Below, piece by piece: positions 1 through 9,483 of a stretch of DNA of 36,124 bases. Source of the DNA: a virus (Duplodnaviria; Caudoviricetes); IMG/VR virus record IMGVR_UViG_3300027804_000127, positions 1 through 36,124 of that record; one strand, written 5' to 3'. Both the position numbers and the translations under genes were made by a program. Numbering within the stretch: the first letter of the stretch is position 1; the number at the start of each line of letters is the position of its first letter. Below the pieces are notes generated by a model that ran no database searches, had not been told where the DNA came from, and saw nothing but the letters and a program-made list of their open reading frames with translations.

Positions 1-1346
1 GTATGGCCATAACTATATTCTGTGCTTGTTGGATAGAATTTAGTGCTAAATCTAGCTTTAACATCGCCTAAATTCTTTTCATCAGGAACTAATCCTGTCA
101 AACTCATCGTTCTATCCCCATTGCCTATCTCTACTGGTCCTGACTCAGCAAACAATGTCTGACCATCATAAGCAAAACCAACCTCATGCTCATAAACATA
201 GCCATCAGTTGATACCATAATTGGATTAGCAAAGATGCCACGATCTGTACCGCAAGTACGTGCCAAAGTGCCAATAGCCCAATGATTCTCACGATAGTTA
301 TAAGAAACATAGGAATCTACTTCAGTAGAGGTAGAACTTGGGTAGAACCACCAGATCTCACCATAGGTGGAATTATGGACACAATATACTTTTGATTGCT
401 GTGCAGTATTAATGTTACTAAACACATAATCTGACACATCTGATGCCAATGGCTTTACAAAACCATCATATATCCAGAAGCCTGATCCAGACATCCAAAT
501 ACAGGCATTGTCAGTAGCAGCCACCGATTGTTTAGAAATAACTCCACAACCAGAGCCTACACGCTCAAAACTGTAGATAAAGGGTGGGCCAATGTATGTG
601 GCAGTATGCACATCAACATCAGTAAACAAGATAGTAGCTCCACGAATGCGTTTAGCGCATTGCAAAGAACCAACTGTAGTTAACTCAAAGTCACCAGCTT
701 GGTTGGTGGCAGCAGGAGTCCATACAGTATTGTTTTCTTGGTCACACCATTGAACTTTACGAGGATTGCCACCCGCACCAAGTGCAAATAGGAATCGTTC
801 TTGAGTAACAATTAAACCAGTGCAACTAGTTGGTGCGTTAGTAATGGCAACAGCATCATTGGCAGTATTTAATTGCCATTCAAGTAACTTACCATCCTTT
901 GATGAGCAAGCAACCAGATACTCGCCCCAAGTGTCCATACTCCAAGTAGTAGCAGGGGTGTTTGATCCTAAGTCAGGTCTAGCAACGCCATAGGCATAAC
1001 TTCCATAAACTCCATAACCATAACCAATCTTTACTACAGCATCTGCATCTCCAACAGTAAATGATGTTGGAGTAATGTCTGTCAAAGTACCTGCTTCATT
1101 CATTGAATAAAGCTTGGAATGCGTACCAATTCCAATTCTACGATTGCCAGTATTGTCTTTCCAGTTAATCAATCCCCTAGCCATGCCAGTTAATTGACTA
1201 GTAGAACGCTTACGCCATCCACCTACTGGACGAATAGTATTTTCGTACCAACGTACCAAATTTGATCCGTTCCAACGCCCTTTAGACTGATATTCAGTCC
1301 CATTTTTGTATACGCCTGGAGGAATTTGTAGTGGAATGTATGCCAT
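1..1346 (-). CDS. Tail nozzle / packaged-DNA stabilisation protein (tail tubular B, P22 gp10-like), 5' part; continues across the junction to 35865
   Basis: Not in the ORF track because it runs off the end. ATG at 1346 reads MAYIPLQIPPGVYKNGTEYQSKGRWNGSNLVRW...WSMDTWGEYLVAC...; it is in frame with the 35865..36101 ORF through the repeat, giving ~491 aa. Beta-rich and positioned just before the ejection proteins. Confidence 0.75.
   Translation of the reverse strand, partial: MAYIPLQIPPGVYKNGTEYQSKGRWNGSNLVRWYENTIRPVGGWRKRSTSQLTGMARGLINWKDNTGNRRIGIGTHSKLYSMNEAGTLTDITPTSFTVGDADAVVKIGYGYGVYGSYAYGVARPDLGSNTPATTWSMDTWGEYLVACSSKDGKLLEWQLNTANDAVAITNAPTSCTGLIVTQERFLFALGAGGNPRKVQWCDQENNTVWTPAATNQAGDFELTTVGSLQCAKRIRGATILFTDVDVHTATYIGPPFIYSFERVGSGCGVISKQSVAATDNACIWMSGSGFWIYDGFVKPLASDVSDYVFSNINTAQQSKVYCVHNSTYGEIWWFYPSSTSTEVDSYVSYNYRENHWAIGTLARTCGTDRGIFANPIMVSTDGYVYEHEVGFAYDGQTLFAESGPVEIGNGDRTMSLTGLVPDEKNLGDVKARFSTKFYPTSTEYSYGH
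5..130. repeat. Terminal direct repeat, copy 1 (circular assembly overlap)
   Basis: Bases 5-130 are identical to 35999-36124 (126 bp). The first 4 bases also match the far end apart from a 1-G indel (gtatggcc vs gtatgggcc). Confidence 0.95.
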
Positions 1347-1355
1347 ATCTGCATT

Positions 1356-2012
1356 CTATAGCGTAGGTAGGTTAGACACAAAGCTTATTGTAGCAATTAC
1401 AGATGGAATTGATGGTCTAGTTGGTGTTGAACTCGCAACGTAATGTTCAATATATGCCCCAACGTCACTTGTTCTCCAGACAATCTGAACATAATCATTT
1501 GCATTTAAATCAACAAAGAAATTTAAAGCACAAATAGTATGAAATGGATCTCCTGCGGATTTTCTTGGAGCTAACCCATATCTACTGTTAGATTTGTCTA
1601 TATTTGTGCCATTTTTTCTAAACCAAATGTCTATATCTTGAGAATTATTGGTTGTATTTACTAATTGCATAGAAAACTGAATGTTATAAATTCCTGAGTC
1701 TGTAACATTAAGTCTTGAGCTGTTTGATAAAGTGACCCCATTTGCGAAATCAGTTGTATCAAAAGTTATAGGGTAAGCAGTCGTTGTGTTGGCAGCAATC
1801 TGATCTGTTCCATCTTGAAAAGCCCCGTAAGGATTATTCAAGTACTTGCCACCCCTTGGGCCAATGACAGACTGTATTGAATTGACTAACTTGGTAAAAA
1901 ACAACCTCAAAAGTCCATTGTTTTGATTCTGTAGACTTTGAGAATAGACAATTCCAGATGTACCCAAAGAAGGTATCGCAGGTATGTCCAACTGTTGCTT
2001 TACATTAGCCAT
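1356..2012 (-). CDS. Tail spike/needle-like protein with C-terminal C1q/TNF-like beta-sandwich
   Basis: 218 aa: N-terminal helix (LLRLFFTKLVNSI) then GIYNIQFSMQL...WFRKNG...LNANDYVQI pattern; tail module context. Confidence 0.55.
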   Translation of the reverse strand: MANVKQQLDIPAIPSLGTSGIVYSQSLQNQNNGLLRLFFTKLVNSIQSVIGPRGGKYLNNPYGAFQDGTDQIAANTTTAYPITFDTTDFANGVTLSNSSRLNVTDSGIYNIQFSMQLVNTTNNSQDIDIWFRKNGTNIDKSNSRYGLAPRKSAGDPFHTICALNFFVDLNANDYVQIVWRTSDVGAYIEHYVASSTPTRPSIPSVIATISFVSNLPTL

Positions 2013-2248
2013 TACTTTTTAAGCCAAGTCTGCCAAATAGCACCAGCCGCCATAACTAGACCACCTATCCATAGAATAGGCTTTGCTAAAGAAGCAACCC
2101 AACCAAGAACTTTAAAAGCCCCGTCAAGGGCATCAATAGCCTCTACAAGACCCTTTGTATTGTTGTCAATGCGATCTACCTTACCTTCTACGGCAATCAG
2201 TCGCTCATATATTTGCTCATGGCTTACATCTGACATTTTAATACTCAA
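2012..2248 (-). CDS. Small coiled-coil protein with C-terminal transmembrane helix (holin-like)
   Basis: 78 aa: heptad N-terminus, hydrophobic ILWIGGLVMAAGAIW, basic C-terminus. Confidence 0.5.
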   Translation of the reverse strand: MSIKMSDVSHEQIYERLIAVEGKVDRIDNNTKGLVEAIDALDGAFKVLGWVASLAKPILWIGGLVMAAGAIWQTWLKK

Positions 2249-2888
2249 TCAAAATTATGCCACCAGCGCCTGACGCTGGCGTACCGCCATAAGCTCCACC
2301 ACCACCAGAACCATAAGCACGGCCTGCTGTTGCAGAGCCTCCAATAGTGCCCGTCCCGCCGCCACCCCAAAAAGAAGCTCCACCACTAGTTCCAAACCTC
2401 ATAGCAGTGCCTTCAGCATTGTCTGTAGCCCCAATTCCATCACCACCAAATATATTGATATCACCGCCAGAAGCAGATCCACCATTTTGACCTGCACCAT
2501 TAATGCCGCCACCACCGCCACCACCAGTTACAGTAGTAGAGCTATTCACAAACGATGAATCTCCACCCGGATTGCCATTATTACCAGCAGTACCACCAGT
2601 ACCACCAGTACCAATAGTAATAGTTGCTGTACTTCCAGATAATGTTACATATTTGATAGCAGTACCAGCAGCGCCACCGCCTTGACCGCCATAAGCCCCA
2701 TTACCACGTCCACCGCCACCACCTGCTCCAGTAACAGTCACTTTACATTTAGAAACACCTGCGGGGATAGTCCATGTGCCAGATGAAGTAAATGTAGCAA
2801 TTCGGAAGAATCCAGTGTCTATAAATGCTGTAGTTTGTGTGGTTGTATCTGGAAATGTAATTCCAGTTGATACTAGTTTTGTAGCCAT
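2238..2888 (-). CDS. Glycine-rich tail fibre/tip protein
   Basis: 216 aa with TFTSSGTWTIPAGV...GAGGGGG...YGSGGGG...GIILIEY, typical of phage glycine-rich domains. Confidence 0.7.
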   Translation of the reverse strand: MATKLVSTGITFPDTTTQTTAFIDTGFFRIATFTSSGTWTIPAGVSKCKVTVTGAGGGGGRGNGAYGGQGGGAAGTAIKYVTLSGSTATITIGTGGTGGTAGNNGNPGGDSSFVNSSTTVTGGGGGGGINGAGQNGGSASGGDINIFGGDGIGATDNAEGTAMRFGTSGGASFWGGGGTGTIGGSATAGRAYGSGGGGAYGGTPASGAGGIILIEY

Positions 2889-2900
2889 TTTAATCTGTCC

Positions 2901-3305
2901 TTATGGTGTGTCATTAGAGCTAATATCGCTAAGTGTCTTAAACACTCCTGCACTTGTCATGCTTGCAATAGTAGTAGCCCCATACTTAAATATTAATTTA
3001 CCGCCTGACTCTTCAATAGAAAAGTTAGTGGTTGTAACTTTTGTAACATTTGCCCATGAGGTATTTGTACCATCAGTTGTTAAAAACTTGGCTGAATTAC
3101 TTGTTTGACTAGGCGCTAGAGCATTAAAAGATGCAGTAGCCGTAGCCTGTCCAGTGCCACCTTTGTTAAGTTTAAGTACTGGACCAGTATCAAACAAAGC
3201 ATCAATTGTGTCTAGATCAGTATTAATCTTGGTTCCCCAAGAGTCTGTAGATGCGCCTACCTCTGGTTTGGTAAGACTTAGGTTGGTGGTTGTGGTATCA
3301 GCCAT
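2901..3305 (-). CDS. Tail fibre proximal/anchor protein
   Basis: 134 aa; [36 protein letters not shown]-terminus and GGTG fibre motif; GAGG RBS. Confidence 0.65.
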   Translation of the reverse strand: MADTTTTNLSLTKPEVGASTDSWGTKINTDLDTIDALFDTGPVLKLNKGGTGQATATASFNALAPSQTSNSAKFLTTDGTNTSWANVTKVTTTNFSIEESGGKLIFKYGATTIASMTSAGVFKTLSDISSNDTP

Positions 3306-3314
3306 AATTACCTC

Positions 3315-3749
3315 TTAATTAATTGTTGTCCAAGATTCGGACACATCATTTACAGTTGTCCAAGTTTCACTTGTATCAGCTATATTTTCCCACTTTTTGG
3401 CTCCTGATGCTTGAATACTTGAACTACTAGATATAGCTGCTGAAAAAGCTAATATAGAACCAGCATTTGCAGTAACAGAGCTTTCAGGGAAAATAATAAT
3501 TATTGTGTCTCTAATCGTTACGCCAGATGCCGTAATGCTAGAAACAGAATCAACATTTGCGCCAGATGTTCTAGTTAGAAAAGCATTTAGCTCTACAGTT
3601 GATGTAGAAGAAACTAAAGCACTGGATGTTCCGACATAAATTGCACTTGCACTTACTGCAGACTCTGCTGAAATATTTGCAGACGCTTCAACAGGCCCAC
3701 CAGCTAGTGATGAAAAAGGCGCTTCTGAAAAAGTTGTATAGCCAAACAT
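3315..3749 (-). CDS. Ser/Ala-rich virion structural protein
   Basis: 144 aa; MFGYTTFSEAPFSSL start, S/A repeats, W-x-T-rich end; tail module. Confidence 0.55.
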   Translation of the reverse strand: MFGYTTFSEAPFSSLAGGPVEASANISAESAVSASAIYVGTSSALVSSTSTVELNAFLTRTSGANVDSVSSITASGVTIRDTIIIIFPESSVTANAGSILAFSAAISSSSSIQASGAKKWENIADTSETWTTVNDVSESWTTIN

Positions 3750-3783
3750 TTAATTCTTTATAATTGCTGTTGAAGTTTCTCGG

Positions 3784-4173
3784 TCAAGAATCAAATGATT
3801 GGCTATTAACATTTGGTTGGGTATCAATTATTGGAGGCACAATAAACGTGCAAAGTTCTTCGTCCCATACCCCAAGAGGATCACCATACAACGCCCACTC
3901 TGCCTTTACCGCATCTTGTTTTACCGTTTTTTCTTCTTGCGTCATTTGGCGAACATGATGGACATCGGTAAACCCATCACCGCTTTGCTCGTAAGTCACA
4001 CCTTCATAAACTTCGTATGTGCCAATCTCTGGAATTTCAACGCGAACAAAACGTGCAAAATTTGATGGTAAGTTTGTTGTATCAATGTCGGGAAATGCTT
4101 GTCTAACGTTCTCACCCAACATTGGATGCTCGTATGGTTGGCCGTCTTTTATTTTAATATAAAGTTCCATCAT
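3784..4173 (-). CDS. Putative tail fibre assembly/chaperone protein
   Basis: 129 aa acidic protein directly after the Gly-rich fibre gene (ATGA overlap); WDEELCTFIVP end. Confidence 0.45.
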   Translation of the reverse strand: MMELYIKIKDGQPYEHPMLGENVRQAFPDIDTTNLPSNFARFVRVEIPEIGTYEVYEGVTYEQSGDGFTDVHHVRQMTQEEKTVKQDAVKAEWALYGDPLGVWDEELCTFIVPPIIDTQPNVNSQSFDS

Positions 4174-5321
4174 AAGTCTCCTGTATTAGTGGATGGGAAC
4201 GCTCGGTTAAAACCCCAAATAATGCGAACTGCACCAACGCCCCCTGCACCAGACTGATCTCTGTATTGCAGACAACCGCCACCGCCACCATAAGCGCCCC
4301 CCTGACAAGTAGTGTTTCCAAGGAATCCATCAGAACCGCCTGAACCGCCTTGTCCAGCGCCAGTTCCATTAGGACTGTTGTAAGCCGGTTCGTTAGTGCC
4401 ATAACCGCCCTGCCCACTGCTACCTTGACCAAGAATTCCTACACCACCACCACCGCCACCTGCGGCTTGATCGCCAACACTATACATACCGCCAGCGCCA
4501 CCGCCACCGCCTGATCCACTTCCACCAGCACGATCATTAATAGATGTTGAATTACCTCCAGAACCAGAATAGCCGCCTGCGCCACCACCGCCTTGAGTAC
4601 TACCATTTTGAGAGCCGCCATAACCACCACTTCCACCGCCATCACCAGAGTAGCTACCACCGGGGTACTTTCCTGAACCATTTGCTGTGTTACTTCCACC
4701 ATATCCATACACAGCAGTTGAAAACCTACTTTCGCCACCCGCTTGGCCTGTGTAACCTGAACTAAGACTGCCAGCACCACCAGCACCTACAACAACTGTG
4801 TACCCACTACCGGGTGTGACTGAGATATTATTTTTCCAACCCAAGCCACCAGCACCGCCACCGCCAGAGTTTGAGCTTCTGCGACCACTTGCACCGCCAC
4901 CAACAGCGACAACGCTAACAGACGTAACGCCAGCAGGCGCAGTCCATGTGTAAGTTCCCGCTGTTGTGTAAGCCTGTTGGCTAGATACTGGTGATGTTGT
5001 TATGCTATTACTTGCGGCACTTGCGGCACTTTGACCAATTGCATTTGTTGCTTTAACAGTAAATGTGTAACTTGTCCCGGCAGATAAACCAGAAACAGTA
5101 ATTGTTCCTGAACCCGCTTGCGCCAATGTTCCAGTAATACCCCCTGGCGATGATGTTGCTGTATAAAGCGTAATAGCAGAACCGCCATTACTTGCGGGCG
5201 CTGTATAAGCAACAGTCGCTGTAGTTGTTCCAGTAGCCGTGGCCGTTCCAATAGTAGGCGCACCGGGGACAGTTGTAAATCCCCGTTGATTTGCAAAAAC
5301 TGAAATAAGTGCGCCACTCAT
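4170..5321 (-). CDS. Tail fibre protein: fibronectin type III domain plus glycine-rich domain
   Basis: VPGAPT...[15 protein letters not shown]...[21 protein letters not shown] is an FN3 signature, followed by [15 protein letters not shown] and a poly-Gly region. Confidence 0.8.
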   Translation of the reverse strand: MSGALISVFANQRGFTTVPGAPTIGTATATGTTTATVAYTAPASNGGSAITLYTATSSPGGITGTLAQAGSGTITVSGLSAGTSYTFTVKATNAIGQSAASAASNSITTSPVSSQQAYTTAGTYTWTAPAGVTSVSVVAVGGGASGRRSSNSGGGGAGGLGWKNNISVTPGSGYTVVVGAGGAGSLSSGYTGQAGGESRFSTAVYGYGGSNTANGSGKYPGGSYSGDGGGSGGYGGSQNGSTQGGGGAGGYSGSGGNSTSINDRAGGSGSGGGGGAGGMYSVGDQAAGGGGGGVGILGQGSSGQGGYGTNEPAYNSPNGTGAGQGGSGGSDGFLGNTTCQGGAYGGGGGCLQYRDQSGAGGVGAVRIIWGFNRAFPSTNTGDL

Positions 5322-6463
5322 GTTAATGCACTTCCGCTAATTAACCATGTTGTTGAAGTCAGCTTCAATGCTGTTGCTGAACCATACTGAGCCAAAGTTC
5401 TTGTGCCTGTTGTGCCGTCTTTTGCCAAATACATTGTGTCTGTTGTTATAGCAATACTAATTGAAGTTGTTGACATATTTACAAATGTAATTGCTGTACC
5501 AATTGGATATGCAACAGATCCATTTGCAGGTATTGTGTATGTTGCAGCACCTGCACCTGAAGCATGATAAATGTGTTTACCAGAATCAGCCAACACCATT
5601 GTGTAGTTGCCAGTCTGTGCATTCTGTGGAATATTTTTAAATCCAACAGAATCAGTACCATCTGCAGTACAGTTTGTTAAATTGCCTGATGTGGGAGTAC
5701 CCAAAATTGGTGTTACTAATGTAGGAGAATTGGCAAATACATTAGCGCCAGTACCAGTTTCATCTGTTAAAGCAGCAGCCAAATTAGAGCTTGATGGTGT
5801 AGCTAGAAATGTTGCAACACCTGTTCCAAGACCTGAAACACCTGTACTAATAGGCAAACCAGTCGCATTTGTCAAAGTGCCACTAGATGGTGTTCCAAGA
5901 GCAGGAGTAACCAATGTTGGACTATTTGCAAATACTAAAGCGCCAGTACCAGTTTCATCAGAAACAGCAGATGCTAAATTGGCAGAGCTTGGTGTCGCTA
6001 AGAAAGTTGCTACACCAGTACCGAGGCCACTTACACCAGTAGAAATTGGAAGACCAGTAGCATTGGTTAAAGTGCCACTTGTGGGTGTACCAAGTGCAGG
6101 TGTAGTTAGTGTTGGACTTGTTAAAGTCTTGTTTGTCAGAGTTTGAGTTGCATCAATCAATACTGCTTTTTCAGCAGGGTATGTGACAAATACATCTTTA
6201 GATCCTGACGCAAAAGATACTTTCGTATCACTATTGCTAGACTGCAAAACAGTAGTTCTAGCAAGCGTCAGACCATCGCCAGATAGCGTGCCAAGGCCAA
6301 CTTCGTAATCAGAACCTAGTGCAACGGCATAGTAAGTTGTATTACTATTACCGACACCAGCAGAAAATGTTTGAAAACCACTTACCGCACCACCAAGTGC
6401 AAAATCACTTGTGCCTGTTGTGGTAGTAGTTTCCTTTACCCGATCAGCAAGTACAAGTGCCAT
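5318..6463 (-). CDS. Tail fibre protein with internal 65-aa repeats
   Basis: 381 aa, Thr/Gly/Ser-rich; [18 protein letters not shown] start, [13 protein letters not shown] motif, C-terminal YPIGTAITF...TTWLISG domain. Confidence 0.75.
   Translation of the reverse strand: MALVLADRVKETTTTTGTSDFALGGAVSGFQTFSAGVGNSNTTYYAVALGSDYEVGLGTLSGDGLTLARTTVLQSSNSDTKVSFASGSKDVFVTYPAEKAVLIDATQTLTNKTLTSPTLTTPALGTPTSGTLTNATGLPISTGVSGLGTGVATFLATPSSANLASAVSDETGTGALVFANSPTLVTPALGTPSSGTLTNATGLPISTGVSGLGTGVATFLATPSSSNLAAALTDETGTGANVFANSPTLVTPILGTPTSGNLTNCTADGTDSVGFKNIPQNAQTGNYTMVLADSGKHIYHASGAGAATYTIPANGSVAYPIGTAITFVNMSTTSISIAITTDTMYLAKDGTTGTRTLAQYGSATALKLTSTTWLISGSALT
5672..6118 (-). repeat. Intragenic tandem repeat, 195-bp period, ~2.3 copies
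   Basis: SPTL(T/V)TP(A/I)LGTP(T/S)SG(T/N)LTN units start at 6118, 5923 and 5728. Confidence 0.9.
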
Positions 6464-6465
6464 GA

Positions 6466-6858
6466 TTAACTCAATGTAATGTCTAAATCACCTGCAGGGA
6501 TACGGAAAATATCACCTGTATCAATAGTTTTGCTAGTGGTTAAATCTGCCCATGCCAATAGGTTGCCAGAAGTAGAGGCATCAAAGATACCTACTGCAAC
6601 AATGGTTCCCCAAGAGGCAGTAGCTGCAGCGAACTCAACTGCCGCACTATTTGTCGCCAATGTAGTAGTACCGCTTACAGTAAATGCCACTGAAACTCGT
6701 GCATAAGCATTGCCAGAGACTTGAGTGCCACCACCCGCATCAGTAGGTGCAGCAGTATACAAACCAACATACAAAGTTGTTGCAGGTGTATACGTAGTGT
6801 TAGTAAAAGCGTGTTTTAGAAGTTTGTCTTCTAAATAATCTGAGAATGAACCTGCCAT
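6466..6858 (-). CDS. Tail-associated structural protein
   Basis: 130 aa; [10 protein letters not shown]...[10 protein letters not shown]...YARVSV...[12 protein letters not shown]...GDLDITL, a common virion family. Confidence 0.6.
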   Translation of the reverse strand: MAGSFSDYLEDKLLKHAFTNTTYTPATTLYVGLYTAAPTDAGGGTQVSGNAYARVSVAFTVSGTTTLATNSAAVEFAAATASWGTIVAVGIFDASTSGNLLAWADLTTSKTIDTGDIFRIPAGDLDITLS

Positions 6859-6861
6859 TTT

Positions 6862-7482
6862 TTACCCCAAAGATCGGGCACGAACAATAGGAGTAGAAGC
6901 AACAGAAGCCCTTTGATCTGCTACTTCCATGTCGCCCAAGGAGTTTGTATACAACGTACTCCATGTAGCAAGACGCTCATCATCTTTCAAATATGGAGTT
7001 GCCTCAAGCAATGCACCATATAAGTACAAGTCTGGGGCATAAGCTAGAAGCCAGTTGCTTGTGTTTGAATCACTCAACGCAGGAATCTTACCATAGTATG
7101 TAAGTTCTCCTGTATATCCAGTATCAGGAGTTGGAATCACTTGAATTTGAGTGCCAATAATTGTATAGAACAGTGGCTTACCAACTGTAATATATTGGTT
7201 TGCAGAGCCATAGTCACCTTGATTTTGCGTGACATACTGCAAATACGTAATTGGGTTTGTATTCAGTTGAAACTCTTTGGCCTGTAAAAAATCAGCAGGA
7301 AAGGCAAAATACTGAGTATCTAAAGTGGCAGTAGCCCTCTTTACCATCTGGCGAACACGCAATTTACGATTAAATTTTGCTTCTGCCAAAGTAATAAATG
7401 AAGGAATAATTGAAGTCAGGTCATCCCGATTTAGGTAATCAGCAATCGTTGTCTTCAGTCCACTAAAGGTGTCAAGTGCCAT
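6862..7482 (-). CDS. Head-tail adaptor (tail tubular protein A-like)
   Basis: 206 aa; LKTTIADYLNRDDL...FITLAEAKFNRKLR...NWLLAYAPDLYLYGALLEA; located after the capsid genes. Confidence 0.7.
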   Translation of the reverse strand: MALDTFSGLKTTIADYLNRDDLTSIIPSFITLAEAKFNRKLRVRQMVKRATATLDTQYFAFPADFLQAKEFQLNTNPITYLQYVTQNQGDYGSANQYITVGKPLFYTIIGTQIQVIPTPDTGYTGELTYYGKIPALSDSNTSNWLLAYAPDLYLYGALLEATPYLKDDERLATWSTLYTNSLGDMEVADQRASVASTPIVRARSLG

Positions 7483-8137
7483 TTTCTACATCCCTACACA
7501 TTAATGTGTGTTCATGTTTGTACTCAAATGTGCCAATATGATGGATCTGTTTTGACAGATCTTGGTCAACAAATGTTTTATGTCCGTTCTGGGCGGCTCT
7601 ACGGCAAAACCACACATCTTCACCAATGTAGTCTTCCGCAGCAGGAACCCAAGGGATAGCAAACCAAGGATATTCCATAGATTTGTAGACTTCGGATTTA
7701 ACGAGCATTACACCCATTCCGCAGTAGTCTACTTCAACAAGTCCTGTTGAATCGTCCTCAGTATATACCCGATTGATAAAAGTTGCATCCATATCTGGGG
7801 TATTTTTTTTCACCGCAATCGGCTCAGTAGGGAATCTACGCTTGGCATAGTTTCCACAGACAATACCTGTGTCATGGGCTAATAATCGGATAATAGAATC
7901 CTTTGGGAAGCGCATATCGCTATCTAGCCATAGGGTATGCGTACATTCTGCCTCAATAGCATCCCTAGCCAAGTCCTGACGTTGTGCTGACAACAAAGTG
8001 CCAGAGCTAGTGTAGATCACTACTTTGTGATTTGTTGTACCTACAGTAAACCCAACTAGCCTCGCTAAATCAAAAGCAAATCCAGAGTTAACAAAATCCC
8101 GTGTTGGAACCAAAATTCCAATGGTCTTACTATCCAT
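7472..8137 (-). CDS. GT-A fold (family 2-like) glycosyltransferase
   Basis: IGILVPT N-terminal strand, R-x-x-L helix, HTLWLDSD (DxD), GMGVMLVK, GEDVWFC (ED motif), H-x-G. Confidence 0.8.
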   Translation of the reverse strand: MDSKTIGILVPTRDFVNSGFAFDLARLVGFTVGTTNHKVVIYTSSGTLLSAQRQDLARDAIEAECTHTLWLDSDMRFPKDSIIRLLAHDTGIVCGNYAKRRFPTEPIAVKKNTPDMDATFINRVYTEDDSTGLVEVDYCGMGVMLVKSEVYKSMEYPWFAIPWVPAAEDYIGEDVWFCRRAAQNGHKTFVDQDLSKQIHHIGTFEYKHEHTLMCRDVENGT

Positions 8138-8451
8138 TAAACTTCTCCAGGTCTTGTGCGAAATGCACGATTATCAGGGTCATTGAGCCATCGTTTCATG
8201 TAGGCTTGATCGTCAAGCTTACCTTCTGCTTTCATTTGATAATACAAAGCCATAGGAATAGATGCAACATGGTGCATATCACCCTTCCAATTAGCCTTCT
8301 CATCAAACGAATTAAATCGTTCTTTGTTTGCTTCTACTACATTTGTAGCATCAATAATTGTCTGAATGGTTGCCTCATCTTTTTCAGCATCGTAATGCCA
8401 AACTTTCTGAGTCCCCATCTCTAGGTTTGTATCAAAGATTTTTGTAGTCAT
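8137..8451 (-). CDS. Conserved head-module hypothetical protein
   Basis: 104 aa; HHVASIP...KRWLNDPDNRAFRT; immediately after the capsid gene. Confidence 0.6.
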   Translation of the reverse strand: MTTKIFDTNLEMGTQKVWHYDAEKDEATIQTIIDATNVVEANKERFNSFDEKANWKGDMHHVASIPMALYYQMKAEGKLDDQAYMKRWLNDPDNRAFRTRPGEV

Positions 8452-8480
8452 AAAAAAAAGGGTGGGTTATTAGCCCACCC
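8452..8480 (-). terminator. Rho-independent terminator after the major capsid gene
   Basis: Minus strand reads GGGTGGG-ctaataa-CCCACCC-T8. Confidence 0.85.
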
Positions 8481-8493
8481 CTTTGTCTTCAGA

Positions 8494-9474
8494 TTAGGTC
8501 TGAATTGTTGAGTTCAGGTCATAGACAGCGCCATGAGCCTTCTCGTTCTTGATCTTCAAGCCCCACTCACACAAGAGCATACGCTTCTCGGCATCACCTG
8601 TCTTAGCCAGTTCAACTGTCTGGAAGGGACGCAGATAGCAAACACTTGCGTACTCAGGATCAAGCACAAAAACATCACGCTCACGTTGGAACCTGTTGGC
8701 AACAATGCTCACGTTTCCGAAATCTGAAACATAAACATCAGCAGCGCCAATGATGGTTGAAGGTTTAGCGCTTGTAACATGGAAACGCTGTGCAGCAATA
8801 CCAGCCATCTTAGACAAGTTCTGCTTGTTAACAGGACCAGCCATAACGATAGATGGTGAGCCACCTTCTGTCCACACCTTCTGAATCACATCCTTCAGCA
8901 ATGCTTCGCTGAATGAACGCAAGTTAGTTGTTGTAGCATCAGTACGAGCCGCATCAGGGATAGTGGTATATGAAGGATCAGAACCACCAGAACCTTCGCT
9001 AGTATTGGTCTTCAAGAAGGCCAACAAAGCGCCTGATTTACGGGCAGATGACGTAGAACCAGCGGCAGCAGCTTGGTTAGCCAACATTGTTGACTCCATG
9101 TCACGCTTAATTTCCGCAGATTTTTTAGCCATTTGGTAACTCAGCTCAGAGCGACGACCTGCCTTGTCAACCGCTTCCAATGTACCAGCAATGATTACGT
9201 CCTTACGGCTAATCTGGGTGTAGTTACCCAAACGAACTGTAGCTGTAACTGCTGTGAAAGAGGTGATGTCATCGCCCTCGATCTGTGCATTAGTTGTGAT
9301 TGCAGCAGCCAAATCATCAGTCTGCCATTCAAAGAAAGTGTTGGTGACGTTCTCACGGCCAACATTAGACATGAATGGAGTCTCTTCTGGAGAGATCTGA
9401 TAAATGACGTTTGAAAGATCTTCCCTAACACCCTTTGCGTCAAAGCGGGTGTAGGTGTTTGTAATAGCAGCCAT
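8494..9474 (-). CDS. Major capsid protein (HK97 fold, SU10/DUF5309-like)
   Basis: 326 aa; REDLSNVIYQISPEETPF...FEWQTDDL...GNYTQI...ELAKTGDAEKRML.CEWGL; follows the scaffold, has an AAGGA RBS and a downstream terminator. Confidence 0.9.
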   Translation of the reverse strand: MAAITNTYTRFDAKGVREDLSNVIYQISPEETPFMSNVGRENVTNTFFEWQTDDLAAAITTNAQIEGDDITSFTAVTATVRLGNYTQISRKDVIIAGTLEAVDKAGRRSELSYQMAKKSAEIKRDMESTMLANQAAAAGSTSSARKSGALLAFLKTNTSEGSGGSDPSYTTIPDAARTDATTTNLRSFSEALLKDVIQKVWTEGGSPSIVMAGPVNKQNLSKMAGIAAQRFHVTSAKPSTIIGAADVYVSDFGNVSIVANRFQRERDVFVLDPEYASVCYLRPFQTVELAKTGDAEKRMLLCEWGLKIKNEKAHGAVYDLNSTIQT

Positions 9475-9483
9475 GTTAATTCC

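Noticed and set aside
2238-5321. Diversity-generating retroelement acting on the two Gly-rich genes
   Set aside because: No reverse transcriptase and no near-identical template/variable repeat pair; the similarity is compositional.
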